64,000 nt of DNA from a virus. Taxonomy: Duplodnaviria; Caudoviricetes. Positions 27,504-37,312 of this stretch are shown here, piece after piece (position 1 is the first letter of the stretch; each line of letters opens with the position of its first letter). The position numbers and the translations under genes were made by a program. Location of the stretch: the IMG/VR virus record IMGVR_UViG_642918914_000001, positions 64,001 through 128,000 of that record; one strand, 5' to 3'. The notes under the pieces are model-generated. The model was not told the origin of the DNA. It saw only the letters and a list, made by a program, of their open reading frames with translations, and ran no database searches.

Positions 27504-29029
27504 AGCTCCACCTTCATCTTTTGGTCTTTGCCTGCCAAATAGTCCTTCAGCGTCTGCTCATCAACGCGGGAGATTATGGGCTTGAACACCGGTTTCAGCA
27601 CCTGCCAGAACTCGGTACGCATGCACGCACGACGGATCTGCACATCATCCAGGAACAGGCGGATGATGGGCTGTGGCTTGCCATCGAACGGTGTGAGCAC
27701 GCGACTGAACCGCTGATTGGCGTTCGGCAGATTGCTGCTGGGCGTTACCTCGTACAAGGCGCTGGCCCGTGGGATGTTGGTACCCGTGGACAGCAACTTG
27801 ATGTTGCCAACGAGGATCTTGATGCGATACGTTCGCGCCTGCTGCAGGAACTTGTCGCGCTGATCCTTCTTCAAGCCGCCGAAGAACGGCTGTGCAATGG
27901 TCTTGCCTGCCATCTTGTTGATGGCCATGACCAGTGCCTTGATGGGGGTGATCTGCGCGAATGGGATCAACACCATGTGCCCGTTCTTCGCGTCCTTGAT
28001 CGCCCACTTGGCTATCAGCTTGAGGCGTGCTGGATCCTTCTCCAGACCAGACACCATACGCGTCCACATTACCTGACCCTTGGACGGTCGTGTGTAGCCG
28101 GTACGCACCAGTCGTACTTCAGGACGCAGGCGCTCGATCTTGGCCTCGTAAATCACAGGCCCCATGATGTCCCGCATCAGCACATAGCGGCCATCCTTAC
28201 GATCAGGCGTACCACTCAAGCCGATCTTCCAGCGGCAGTTCAGCTTGTTGAGGATCGACGCATACTGAGGAGCGGCCCCCGTATGAATCTCGTCGACCAT
28301 CACCACCGAAAACATGTCCCGGACCGCGCGAAGTAGTTTCTGCCCGGCTTCGCTGTAGAAGGTTTGGACGGTGACCAGGCAGATGTCGTACTTCTCGAAG
28401 TCTGCGAGTCGCTTTGCAATGCCGATCTGACTGGGTCGGCAAGTGGTAAGTGCTTCCTGCGTTTTTGAGCCAACGAAGGTCTCCTTGAAGCCCAACAGCC
28501 ACTCTCGCTGCGACGCCAGGATCATGGTCTTCTTGCCAATCTTGCAGATGGCCGCAGCACCCATAACAGTCTTACCACTACGCGGAGGCGCCTTGATCAC
28601 GCCTCGACGTTTCTCGATGATCGCTTGTACTGCCTCTTCCTGATACTTGCCCTTATACCGACCGGTGAATCGGATGCGACGTTCCATGGGCACGTCTGGG
28701 AAGTGCGACTTGACCTTGTACTCAACGCCCTCGCGATCCAGCACTTTAGACAGCGCACTCCAGTTACCGGTGGGCGTCTTCAGGTAACGCTTCTTGCCAA
28801 TCTTCACGGTCTCGCATAGACGAGCACCGCCTTGAAATGCTGCACACTCCTCGCACGTAGGCGTGATCTTGGTTTCGGACTGCAGTCGATCTTGCTTGAA
28901 CTCGCACTCGTTGCACGCCTTCTCGTTGAAGAAGTAGTGGGTGAAACTGTGCACCAGATCTTCTTGTACTGCGTTGGGGATCGCCTTCTTCGGGATGAAG
29001 AAGGACTCGCGTGCGTGGATGGTGATCAT
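27500..29029 (-). CDS. SF2 DEAD/H helicase (UvsW/Rad25-like) with N-terminal Zn-binding motif
   Basis: YQEEAV, APPRSGKT, VDEIH, GLSGTP, STGTNIP and QRFSRVL. CxxC...CxxC at the N-terminus. Confidence 0.88.
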   Translation of the reverse strand: MITIHARESFFIPKKAIPNAVQEDLVHSFTHYFFNEKACNECEFKQDRLQSETKITPTCEECAAFQGGARLCETVKIGKKRYLKTPTGNWSALSKVLDREGVEYKVKSHFPDVPMERRIRFTGRYKGKYQEEAVQAIIEKRRGVIKAPPRSGKTVMGAAAICKIGKKTMILASQREWLLGFKETFVGSKTQEALTTCRPSQIGIAKRLADFEKYDICLVTVQTFYSEAGQKLLRAVRDMFSVVMVDEIHTGAAPQYASILNKLNCRWKIGLSGTPDRKDGRYVLMRDIMGPVIYEAKIERLRPEVRLVRTGYTRPSKGQVMWTRMVSGLEKDPARLKLIAKWAIKDAKNGHMVLIPFAQITPIKALVMAINKMAGKTIAQPFFGGLKKDQRDKFLQQARTYRIKILVGNIKLLSTGTNIPRASALYEVTPSSNLPNANQRFSRVLTPFDGKPQPIIRLFLDDVQIRRACMRTEFWQVLKPVFKPIISRVDEQTLKDYLAGKDQKMKVEL

Positions 29030-29032
29030 CCG

Positions 29033-29467
29033 TTAAGCCTTCTTCACGGTGAGAGTGACTTGCGTTGCCTCGCGGATGGTGTTGAGGTCCAGCGCCTGGA
29101 TCAACAGCTTGTCGAAACCCATGACATTGGTTGACGTCTCGGTGGCGGTCGACACTTCCAAGCGCAAAGTGTAGGGGTCCAACAGCGCGGGCTGTTCGCG
29201 CATCACCGCCTGCAGATCCAGCATCAGGCGCAGGGCCACGTCCTGCGTGGCAACCACCGTCCGCTTGTACGTGGTCAGGTCCTGGATGTACTCGACCAAG
29301 TCGGCGAGCGCCGCACTTGGCATGAAACTGTGGCCCGTGATCACAGCCTTGTCATAAGCCGACAGGTCGGCCGTGGATCGTACGCTGATGGCGCCGAGTA
29401 CAGAGAACGCGAGCAACGTGTACGATGTGCCTTGGACGTCGGTGCGGATCAGGAAGTGCTTTTGCAT
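29033..29467 (-). CDS. Hypothetical protein
   Basis: RBS AAGGA. Tiles in the operon. Confidence 0.7.
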   Translation of the reverse strand: MQKHFLIRTDVQGTSYTLLAFSVLGAISVRSTADLSAYDKAVITGHSFMPSAALADLVEYIQDLTTYKRTVVATQDVALRLMLDLQAVMREQPALLDPYTLRLEVSTATETSTNVMGFDKLLIQALDLNTIREATQVTLTVKKA

Positions 29468-29476
29468 GATGTGTCC

Positions 29477-30037
29477 TTAGATGACCTTGCCGCCTTGCGA
29501 CTGCGACAAGAGTGCCATGCTGTCGCGAAGCGTAGAGATGTGGTAGGAAGCCTTGTCGATGTCACCGATGATGGCATCGCACAGGCTGAGCAGGTCCTGA
29601 CCGTCGGTGATCAGGGTGTTGGCCGCTTTCTGCACACGGCGAATGAGCGCAGTGCGTTGCGCCTGATTGCTGTATTTACGCAGATGGCTATCGTACTGAG
29701 TGATCACGTGGCTCTGGATACTCTCCATTGCCTTCTCGACGACCTGGATGTGATAGCTGGCCTTTACCCGAATCTCGACGATACGCGAGCGTGCCTGCAT
29801 GTCGTTGGCCGCTGCGTTCATCAGACTGCTGGGGTTGTACATCTTGCTGGAGTACAGCTTGCGAGCGGTACGTGCGCTATGCAAGGCGAACACCTCGTTG
29901 CGATCCTTCTCGATGTCCAGTTTCTCTTCAGCCTTCTGCACAATGCGTCGGAAGGTTTTGTATGTGGGGTCGCTTCGGATCGTCGACAACAGACTGTCGA
30001 TGTCCACCCCATCTTTCTGTACGCGAGCCATTGCCAT
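29477..30037 (-). CDS. Hypothetical helical protein
   Basis: ATG at 30037 with RBS AAGGA. Predicted all-alpha/coiled-coil. Confidence 0.7.
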   Translation of the reverse strand: MAMARVQKDGVDIDSLLSTIRSDPTYKTFRRIVQKAEEKLDIEKDRNEVFALHSARTARKLYSSKMYNPSSLMNAAANDMQARSRIVEIRVKASYHIQVVEKAMESIQSHVITQYDSHLRKYSNQAQRTALIRRVQKAANTLITDGQDLLSLCDAIIGDIDKASYHISTLRDSMALLSQSQGGKVI

Positions 30038-30048
30038 TCCTTGTCGGC

Positions 30049-30441
30049 CTACTGTTCTTCGAAGATTTCCTGCACCCGCTGATTGGCCTGTGGGCACAGC
30101 AGAAGCGTTCCCTTGTTGGGATAGTTGTAGATGATGAGGTGATCGGTCTTCAGCATGACCTCAACGTTGGCAGCTTTACCCGCCTGACTGTTGAGATGCG
30201 CCACCACGAAAGTGCCCCGATTCACAGTGTGGAACTGCGAGCGGAACCAGTAGCCCACACGCTCGTTGTCCACCACGCGACGCAGCCAGAATGCATCGAA
30301 CATGCATCCGTTTAGGGGAATCGGCTGGTCGACGATCACTGTGCAGGGATCGGTCACCTCCTTGAACAGGGCAAACCCTTCGCCAAGTGCGTAGAACAGG
30401 GTGGGCACCGCCACCAACGACAACTCCATTCGCTGCTCCAT
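30049..30441 (-). CDS. Hypothetical protein
   Basis: RBS GGAG. Tiles downstream of the clamp. Confidence 0.7.
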   Translation of the reverse strand: MEQRMELSLVAVPTLFYALGEGFALFKEVTDPCTVIVDQPIPLNGCMFDAFWLRRVVDNERVGYWFRSQFHTVNRGTFVVAHLNSQAGKAANVEVMLKTDHLIIYNYPNKGTLLLCPQANQRVQEIFEEQ

Positions 30442-30442
30442 G

Positions 30443-31510
30443 TTAGCTCTCCTGATTGAGTGCGATCACGGAATAGCTGTCGGCGCGCTTCACCATGAGG
30501 AACGCGTCGTCCACCACCTTCAGCTGAAGCTCATCGCCCGAACCCTTCACCGCTTCGGCAAAGAACTCGTAGTCGATCTTCAGACTGAAGTCGGCCGCGG
30601 TCTTTGCCTTGCACAGCGCCTTGACTTGACCATTGTTGGTGACCACAGACATTTGCAGCTTGCCGTTCTTGGCCGTGATGCCAAGCTCTGGCCGTTCTTT
30701 GGTGGCTACCGCACGTGCGTTATCGAGGAACGCCATAACGTCGGCCTTGACGGCGGTCACCTTTGACCCATCGGCCTTCACCGCTTCCTTGGCCTTTTCC
30801 AACACCGACTCGATGCTGATCACTTCATCACCGTCAGCGGACGGCAGACTGAGGGCCACCTGTACCATCTTGTTTGACACCCACAGACTGGACTTGGTCA
30901 GATGCAGAACGCAGTCTACGCCCTTGAACACGTCGAGCACGGCGCGCATCGTGTCGAAGGGCAACACAGTCTGGAGATCACCCTGCACGTCGGTCGAACG
31001 TGCGAACGCCATGTGCGCCTGATCATAGCACGCAACGAACGTGGACTTGGCGCCTGCTTGAATGGCAAGTGGCATGAAGCTGCCGCCGCTGGCTTTCAGG
31101 CCGATGCTGGTCACGGTCTTCAGCAGCCACGTGCTGAGGTCCGCGCTCAGCTTCCACTTCTTGGCCTCTTCTTCCGGCTTGAAGTCTTCGATTTCCAAGG
31201 CGTCAACGGTTGACAAGCTGGCTTTGTACCGACCATCAACCAGCGTGAGCACGCCCTTCACCAGTTCCAGGGTCACTTCTTTGCGGCCACGCACGCTGTC
31301 CGACAGCGCGCTGATGGGCAGTGCAAACGTGGCGTCACCTTGGACGGTGCCTGGCAACTGAACGCGACACCGCGACAGCTCACTCGACGAGTGAAGATAC
31401 AGGCGCTTGTCCGTGGCCTGCAGCGTTATGGTGCCGGTCATGGGCGGTGCCAAGAGACTAGCGATACGCACTGCCTCTTGGATGATGGAACATTCGACTT
31501 GGGCTTTCAT
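30443..31510 (-). CDS. dnaN: DNA polymerase III beta subunit-like sliding clamp
   Basis: 355 aa with the three-domain beta-clamp pattern (LQATDKRLYL..S.EL, VACYDQAHMA, LKIDYEFFAEAV, YSVIAL). Same cluster as dnaX. Confidence 0.75.
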   Translation of the reverse strand: MKAQVECSIIQEAVRIASLLAPPMTGTITLQATDKRLYLHSSSELSRCRVQLPGTVQGDATFALPISALSDSVRGRKEVTLELVKGVLTLVDGRYKASLSTVDALEIEDFKPEEEAKKWKLSADLSTWLLKTVTSIGLKASGGSFMPLAIQAGAKSTFVACYDQAHMAFARSTDVQGDLQTVLPFDTMRAVLDVFKGVDCVLHLTKSSLWVSNKMVQVALSLPSADGDEVISIESVLEKAKEAVKADGSKVTAVKADVMAFLDNARAVATKERPELGITAKNGKLQMSVVTNNGQVKALCKAKTAADFSLKIDYEFFAEAVKGSGDELQLKVVDDAFLMVKRADSYSVIALNQES

Positions 31511-31557
31511 CTTGTGTTGGTTAGGTGGTATGTGCTTCTATTTACGGCGCGCCAGCT

Positions 31558-31594
31558 AAAAGCGGCTGGTCCCCTATTGAAGAAGACCAGCCGC
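31558..31594 (-). terminator. Rho-independent terminator (minus strand)
   Basis: GCGGCTGGTC...GACCAGCCGC stem followed by TTTT on the minus strand. Confidence 0.75.
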
Positions 31595-31607
31595 CAGCGT
31601 CGTCGCC

Positions 31608-32519
31608 TTAGCGAACGGTGAGGTTCAGGGTAACCGGAGTGGTCAGCGTACTGGCCGCACCGAACTGCTGATACGAGATGTTGAAGGTGAAGGCATACGT
31701 TCCCGCAGCCGCATCCTTCAGCTTGAGGATACGCACCGTATCCCACATGACGGCACCGCCCGGCAACACCGACTGACCGCTGTTCTGCACCAGCACCGCC
31801 TTGAACTCGCCGCTGGAAGGATTGCTGACCACGGTCAACGCCAGCGCCACTGCCTGGTCGCCGAACAGCGCCGGGTTCTGGATCGATGCGGCCTGGAACA
31901 GCGCCATCCAGTTGAAGTCGAAGAACGCGCACTCGCCTTGCAACGTGCTGAGGTCCACCGCCGTGGCCCACGACAGGGCTTGCGGAGTGGTGGCCGGAGG
32001 AGGAGTCGGAGAGCTGCCTGCCACGATGTTCGTATCCAGGTTCCAGTTGAGCGCGTCGAGATACACGCCGCGCGAGTAGTGTTCCATGACCGTTGTCACC
32101 GGCATCGACCACCAAGCACCCATGTTCATCTTGATGGGATCGATGGGAACCAGCGACGGATAGCTGGCCCATGGCTTGACCACTTCACTGTCTTGCGACA
32201 ATGGGAAGTATCCGGCCATGAACTGCGTGACTCGCGTCTGCGACTTCAGATTGTCCGTCTGCGCGATGCCGGGAACCGTGGCAGGCAGCGTCACAACCTT
32301 CAGGTTCACCGTGTGGCCGGGCGATACCGTGAGCGTCGTTTCGCTGCCGTTGAACGTGGTCTCGGTGATAGGGAAGAAGCCAGCGACGCGGCCGGTGTCC
32401 GTGAGGTACGGCACCAGCGTCTGCGTGCTGGGATTGGCCAGCGGCAGGTCGAAGCGAATGCCGCTCGCGTTGGCGAACGCCGACAGGCGAGTGAGCTGAG
32501 AAGGGAGATTGGTAGCCAT
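31608..32519 (-). CDS. Probable virion structural protein (beta-rich, Ig-like C-terminus)
   Basis: T/P/V-rich with a C-terminal AGTYAFTFNISY...VTLNLTV strand pattern. Part of a two-gene unit with AATTTGAT upstream. Confidence 0.6.
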   Translation of the reverse strand: MATNLPSQLTRLSAFANASGIRFDLPLANPSTQTLVPYLTDTGRVAGFFPITETTFNGSETTLTVSPGHTVNLKVVTLPATVPGIAQTDNLKSQTRVTQFMAGYFPLSQDSEVVKPWASYPSLVPIDPIKMNMGAWWSMPVTTVMEHYSRGVYLDALNWNLDTNIVAGSSPTPPPATTPQALSWATAVDLSTLQGECAFFDFNWMALFQAASIQNPALFGDQAVALALTVVSNPSSGEFKAVLVQNSGQSVLPGGAVMWDTVRILKLKDAAAGTYAFTFNISYQQFGAASTLTTPVTLNLTVR

Positions 32520-32527
32520 GATGGATG

Positions 32528-32902
32528 TCAAGAGATGATGTTCTGGACCTGAACGTAGGCCAAGTCAGGCCCCAGACAGGTGACGCCACATACGCAATTC
32601 CCACCCGACGGATCAGGCACCTCAATCACCCCAGTATCCGGATTCGTCTGCTGCGCCACGACCTCTCGCCAACAGATGCGAACTTCCTGCTGTTGACTCG
32701 TGACCAGCGCGGCCAACGATGAAGGCTCGGTTCCCGTTTGAAACTGGGAACTGATCGAGGGTTCCACCAAGGTGATGGTGGGCGCGGTCTGTGCATGCTG
32801 GAACTGACCGCCACTCAGCACAAGATTGCCGAGCGGAACGTCGATCACGGGTTGCGTATTCCCTTGCGGGACCAGATAGAGACGGACGTAAGACTGGGCC
32901 AT
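32528..32902 (-). CDS. Probable virion structural protein
   Basis: ATG at 32902. AATTTGAT on the minus strand at 32943-32950. Confidence 0.55.
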   Translation of the reverse strand: MAQSYVRLYLVPQGNTQPVIDVPLGNLVLSGGQFQHAQTAPTITLVEPSISSQFQTGTEPSSLAALVTSQQQEVRICWREVVAQQTNPDTGVIEVPDPSGGNCVCGVTCLGPDLAYVQVQNIIS

Positions 32903-32949
32903 GGACGTATTTGGGAGTGACAAAGATTGGGTGCGTTGCCCTATCAAAT

Positions 32950-33678
32950 TTAGGTAGCCGCAATCTGCTGGCTGCTCTTGAGCACATACTGGATCTCGAA
33001 CGATTCAATCCCAGTAGCCTTGGAAACGATGTCGGCGGACGACAGACGACTGGCAGCCACTGCTGCCTTCAGCTCTTCAGCCTTCGGATTCTGCATGAGC
33101 AGCAGAATGTCCTGAAGCTTGAGATTGGCTTTCAGGAAGCGCAGGGCAGTGGTCTTTGGCGTGATGCCTGCCAAGTAGCCGATGCACACTTCGCGCACGC
33201 GCTTCTGCTGCTGATAGTTCTTCAGCCGGTAGAGCTGCGTCTGCAGATCGTTGAGCCAACTGGGTTTGGTCGCCGAGTTCACGTAGTCCATGATCGACGG
33301 ATCGTTCTTCTTGTACTCCCAGCCACTGATATTGGTCGTTGCCTGCTGAAGAGCAGCGGCCAACGCCGCGTCGAACGGCTTCTTCATCTTGTCGTTCCAC
33401 AGAACGTCGGAGATGTTGGTGGTGGACAGTGCGGCACGCGCATCGGTAACCAGAAAGATTAGATGCCCTTGTCGCGCCTTCACGTACTTCTCGAATGTAC
33501 GAAGCCCGTCAACTACCACAGGCCAAGCGGGCTGCTCGGCCACCGGCATGTCCACGTGCGTGACCGCGGTACGATAACCATGGCGCATGACCACGCTATG
33601 ACTCACGTTCAGAGCGCGGAGCGCCTGCGATACGTGCAACGGAGCTCGATCTACGATTCCAAATGCGGCTAATGCCAT
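32950..33678 (-). CDS. Hypothetical protein (replication cluster)
   Basis: RBS GAGGA. 242 aa with a helical C-terminus. No firm motif. Confidence 0.7.
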   Translation of the reverse strand: MALAAFGIVDRAPLHVSQALRALNVSHSVVMRHGYRTAVTHVDMPVAEQPAWPVVVDGLRTFEKYVKARQGHLIFLVTDARAALSTTNISDVLWNDKMKKPFDAALAAALQQATTNISGWEYKKNDPSIMDYVNSATKPSWLNDLQTQLYRLKNYQQQKRVREVCIGYLAGITPKTTALRFLKANLKLQDILLLMQNPKAEELKAAVAASRLSSADIVSKATGIESFEIQYVLKSSQQIAAT

Positions 33679-33706
33679 TCTCGTGTCCTCTTCTTATTCA
33701 ATGTTG

Positions 33707-35971
33707 CTAGTCACGAATCTGATCCGGATACCCTTGGACCAGCGTTGATTCTCCCCGACGCTTCACTACAGTGAACGCCGTTGCCCCTTCATACCGCTCG
33801 TTATGCGGCGTGATCACAATGATCGAAGGAATGAGTTGGTTTAGTGTTGTGAGCAGGTTCTTGAAGACTTCCTGCATTTCGGTTGACAGACGCGCACTAG
33901 GCTCGTCCAGGATCAGCACGTTGCAGCGTTTGCGCTCTGGTACGAATGCCAGCAACGCGCACACCAGCACCAGCGTGAAGAGTGTGGATTCTGCACCGGA
34001 CAGGCGGCGCACGTCGCTCGTCTGCACCTTCTTGCCGACCCGGCGGTGCACCAGCAACTGAATCTGCGTGTCCCACTTGAACTCGAACTTGAAGTTCTCG
34101 GGGAACACTGGCGCAGCAAAGCGATTGACCAAGGTCATCAGACGTTGGCTGATTGCTTCGATCGCCATCTTCTTCAGGTTCTTGTCCTGATATCCATTCA
34201 CCAGATGCTTCAGCGCTTCCTCTTCTTTCAGCTGGCGTTCGTACTCTTCTAGTCGCGGCTTGATCTCGCGCAACTGCTGGCGAATAGAAGTGTCGAGCTC
34301 TAGCTTGGTGCACGTGCGCGACCACTGTTCCTGCACCTTGTTCAGCTGAGGAATGCAGTCGTGCTGTTGCTTGAATCGTTCTTTGTCCTCGGCCGTCAGC
34401 TTCTTCAGCTGCTCGATCGTTTCCAAATGCGGGCGGAAGTGCTCGATCAGCGACAGCGACTTCTGAATGTCAGCAACCACTGCCTTCTGGTCACGTACCG
34501 ACAGGCCGGGCACCCCGGTGAACGGCGCTGGAGCCACGGGCAGCGCCTTGAGTTCAGCGCCCAACCGCTCCCACTTGTTTGTGGATTCCAGCTGCGACTG
34601 CAGGTCAGCGAGTTGCGCTTTCAGCTTCTTCAGCTTGCCACTTGTCTCACGCCGCTCGTTAACAGCTTCTTCGTAGTCCCGTGCCTGCTGATGACGACGC
34701 AGCTTGTCCTTGACCACGTCCAGCTTCTGGCGCAGAACTTCGGGATCCTTGATCTTGACGATCTGCCCGCAGGTCTCGCACTTGCCTTGCTTGAAACGCT
34801 GGGCGTGTTCCAACTGATGGATGTACGCGCGCTTCAGTGTGTCGAGTTCACCCTCGTCCTCAGCAGGTGCCGTCACCTGTTCGGGCAGCTTGATGCGCTT
34901 CAGGTCCTCGGCCAGTCGCTGTGTACGAGGTTCGAGGTCGTCGATCTGAGCTTGAAGCTGCGTGCGCTTCCCGCTATGGCGGGCGCAGCGCTTGAGTAGC
35001 GCGGCCAGCCCATAGGTGTCAATAGCCGTACGCGCCTTGACAGAAAGGCGGGACGCTGCTTGTTCGTATTCCGCATGTTGTTCTTGATACTGTTCCCAGC
35101 GAATGGCGTCACGCAGCTTGCCTTCTACTTCCTTCAGCTCTTTGCGTGCCCAGCGCTCGGCGCGATCCATCTGCTGTTCGCAAATGTCGCCGTGGCAGAT
35201 GTTGTCAAGCTGTTTGAGTTGCTGACTGCTGGCCGCAGCAAACTCGAAGAGGCGCGTCAGTTCTTGGACTGCGGACAGCTCTTCCTGCAACTTCTTCATC
35301 TGCCGACGATAGCGCTTCTGCCTGGTGAGCAACGCTTCGCGCTCGTCTCGCGGCAGGACTTGCGTGCGAAGCTTCTCGTACTGTGCACGTAGTTCATCGT
35401 ACGCGGCACGCACACGCTTCAGCTTCGCAAGCTCTGCTACGTATAGCTTGCGCTCGGCATCGATCTTGTCCAGGCCAAAGAAGCGAGTGAAGAAGTCCTT
35501 GCGCGCTGCGTTGTTGCCCATGACCAGCGGATGGGGAATACGCGAGTCCAGATGCACGTAGGTCGAATACTCTTCCGGCGTGATCGGGAACAGACGGCGC
35601 ATAGCGTCACGCGCTGCAGTCTGTGTACGGTACTCCTGCAGCTTGCCGTTCACCTTGATCTGCAGCTTGTCGCTGCGACCGTTGGACACTCGCTGCACCA
35701 GCACACGCTTACCGCTATGCGTGGTGAACGGCAGGCTGCGCACACCGCTCTTCAGCTTGTCAACCTTGAGGCCGACGATCGGTTCTTCGTACAGAATTTC
35801 AGCAGGAGCGCCTGCCAGCAGCGACTTGCCAACGCCGTTGCTGTTCTTGCTGGCCTTCGTGTGAACACGGTTCAGGCCGTAGATGGCGGTGAGTCCCGGC
35901 ACAATGGGCAACCGCACCTTGCCCGTGAACGGGCCGTAGCTTTCAAGACCGATAGCGCTGATGACGTTCAT
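33707..35971 (-). CDS. sbcC: SbcC/Rad50-like SMC ATPase (recombination nuclease subunit)
   Basis: NSNGVGKS Walker A, coiled coil, CETC zinc hook, LSGAE signature, ILDEP Walker B and ITPH. Confidence 0.9.
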   Translation of the reverse strand: MNVISAIGLESYGPFTGKVRLPIVPGLTAIYGLNRVHTKASKNSNGVGKSLLAGAPAEILYEEPIVGLKVDKLKSGVRSLPFTTHSGKRVLVQRVSNGRSDKLQIKVNGKLQEYRTQTAARDAMRRLFPITPEEYSTYVHLDSRIPHPLVMGNNAARKDFFTRFFGLDKIDAERKLYVAELAKLKRVRAAYDELRAQYEKLRTQVLPRDEREALLTRQKRYRRQMKKLQEELSAVQELTRLFEFAAASSQQLKQLDNICHGDICEQQMDRAERWARKELKEVEGKLRDAIRWEQYQEQHAEYEQAASRLSVKARTAIDTYGLAALLKRCARHSGKRTQLQAQIDDLEPRTQRLAEDLKRIKLPEQVTAPAEDEGELDTLKRAYIHQLEHAQRFKQGKCETCGQIVKIKDPEVLRQKLDVVKDKLRRHQQARDYEEAVNERRETSGKLKKLKAQLADLQSQLESTNKWERLGAELKALPVAPAPFTGVPGLSVRDQKAVVADIQKSLSLIEHFRPHLETIEQLKKLTAEDKERFKQQHDCIPQLNKVQEQWSRTCTKLELDTSIRQQLREIKPRLEEYERQLKEEEALKHLVNGYQDKNLKKMAIEAISQRLMTLVNRFAAPVFPENFKFEFKWDTQIQLLVHRRVGKKVQTSDVRRLSGAESTLFTLVLVCALLAFVPERKRCNVLILDEPSARLSTEMQEVFKNLLTTLNQLIPSIIVITPHNERYEGATAFTVVKRRGESTLVQGYPDQIRD

Positions 35972-36453
35972 TTTGATACGTGCTTCAGGCCCATTGCAGA
36001 TCGTGGGCCTTTGTGAAGGTTATTGGCTGCGGTGCGTGGTTGGATCTTGAAGTCGATGGGCAAGCCAGTCAGCGATCCAAGCCACTTGCTGAGAGCGATC
36101 GTATGGATCAACCACTTGGGGTCGAACTCCCACGCACCGGGAACGGTCATATTTACGCCGGGGAACTCGCGAGCAAAGTCATCGTCTGGCAGAATGAGGA
36201 CCACGTCCACATCCCGCCAGTCGGGTCGATCCATTGACGACCCAACGAGATAACAGGTCTCGCCGTAGGCTTCGCTCAGCTGCTGACATGCCAGCTCCAA
36301 CTGAAAGACGGCCGGGACTCCGATGTAGCACGCCTTCTTACGCTTGGGCGCAGGCGTTGGTGCCCCATCCGGGTCGGCCCGCACTACCGGTTTGCGACCA
36401 GTGCCCTTGCTGATGGACTTGATGCCGTCGTTGTCGAAGTTCTTAAAGTCCAT
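35968..36453 (-). CDS. Minimal nucleotidyltransferase (Pol-beta superfamily)
   Basis: CYLVGSS...DWRDVDVVLI (GS plus DxD) and a third Asp in PIDFKI. ATG at 36453. Confidence 0.7.
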   Translation of the reverse strand: MDFKNFDNDGIKSISKGTGRKPVVRADPDGAPTPAPKRKKACYIGVPAVFQLELACQQLSEAYGETCYLVGSSMDRPDWRDVDVVLILPDDDFAREFPGVNMTVPGAWEFDPKWLIHTIALSKWLGSLTGLPIDFKIQPRTAANNLHKGPRSAMGLKHVSK

Positions 36454-36724
36454 AGATGTTCTTTGCCTTTGAGATCTTGTTGAAGAACCAGCGTTCGAGG
36501 TACACTTCGGCCGTGGGTCCTCGCCCCTTTGCGTATCCGTAGACGACGCCGCTGTGTGCGTCAACTGCTCGGCTGCAGTCAGCCCAATTGTCCATCAGAT
36601 AGTCCACGTTGATCAGCGCCAAGTCGAAGTCAGGAACCGACACGCGAACCACATTCTCCAGCGGCGGGAAGATGTTCATCAACTTCCCGAATCGCACCAC
36701 ACCGTCTACCACCTTCTGTGTCAT
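36443..36724 (-). CDS. Small hypothetical protein
   Basis: Tiles in the operon. Confidence 0.65.
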   Translation of the reverse strand: MTQKVVDGVVRFGKLMNIFPPLENVVRVSVPDFDLALINVDYLMDNWADCSRAVDAHSGVVYGYAKGRGPTAEVYLERWFFNKISKAKNIYGL

Positions 36725-37017
36725 GTGAATGCCTTCTTTGCTTTGATGATAACGCCTTCGGCCAGTCGTTGCGCTTTTGCTTCGCGCACGGTGTCCGGTC
36801 GTTCACCAAGCGATGTTCCAAGCATGTCCTTGTACGCCTCACGTCCTGAATGAGTAGCAGCCACAAACCCATCGCTGCCTTTGACCAGGATGTTCGCGGC
36901 CAATCCTTGATCTACCAGCGTGTTGCAGGCGTCACGTGACAACAGATCGCCGGCCCACAAAGGGCCGTCCTCTACCAGCGAGATCAGCTGATATTGTTCA
37001 GTGTTGCTAAGGACCAT
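36721..37017 (-). CDS. Small hypothetical protein (possible winged helix)
   Basis: RBS GGGGAG before the ATG at 37017. LVEDGPLWAGDL..RDACNTLVDQGLA...ATHSGREAY pattern. Confidence 0.6.
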   Translation of the reverse strand: MVLSNTEQYQLISLVEDGPLWAGDLLSRDACNTLVDQGLAANILVKGSDGFVAATHSGREAYKDMLGTSLGERPDTVREAKAQRLAEGVIIKAKKAFT

Positions 37018-37042
37018 GATACTCCCCCGAGTACGTAGGTTG

Positions 37043-37312
37043 TCAGCTTTGACTGCTGTGTTCTTTCTTGATCCCGTCGAAGGAGATCTGCAAGTCAATC
37101 ATCTCCTCCGGCCCTGCGTGGACCACGCTGTCGACCGGGCCACCGGCGGATGGATACCAACTGCCGATCGCCTTTTCCTTGTGAACTGCTTCGGGCCACT
37201 GCTTCAGGAATTGGCTGGGAACGAGAGGACTTAAATCGACGACCTCCACCTCTACCGTTGAGCGTGCCCACCGGCGTCGCAATCGTCGTCGATCATGTGC
37301 GTTCCCGCTCAT
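37043..37312 (-). CDS. Small hypothetical protein
   Basis: ATGA overlap with the dnaX stop. Confidence 0.5.
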   Translation of the reverse strand: MSGNAHDRRRLRRRWARSTVEVEVVDLSPLVPSQFLKQWPEAVHKEKAIGSWYPSAGGPVDSVVHAGPEEMIDLQISFDGIKKEHSSQS

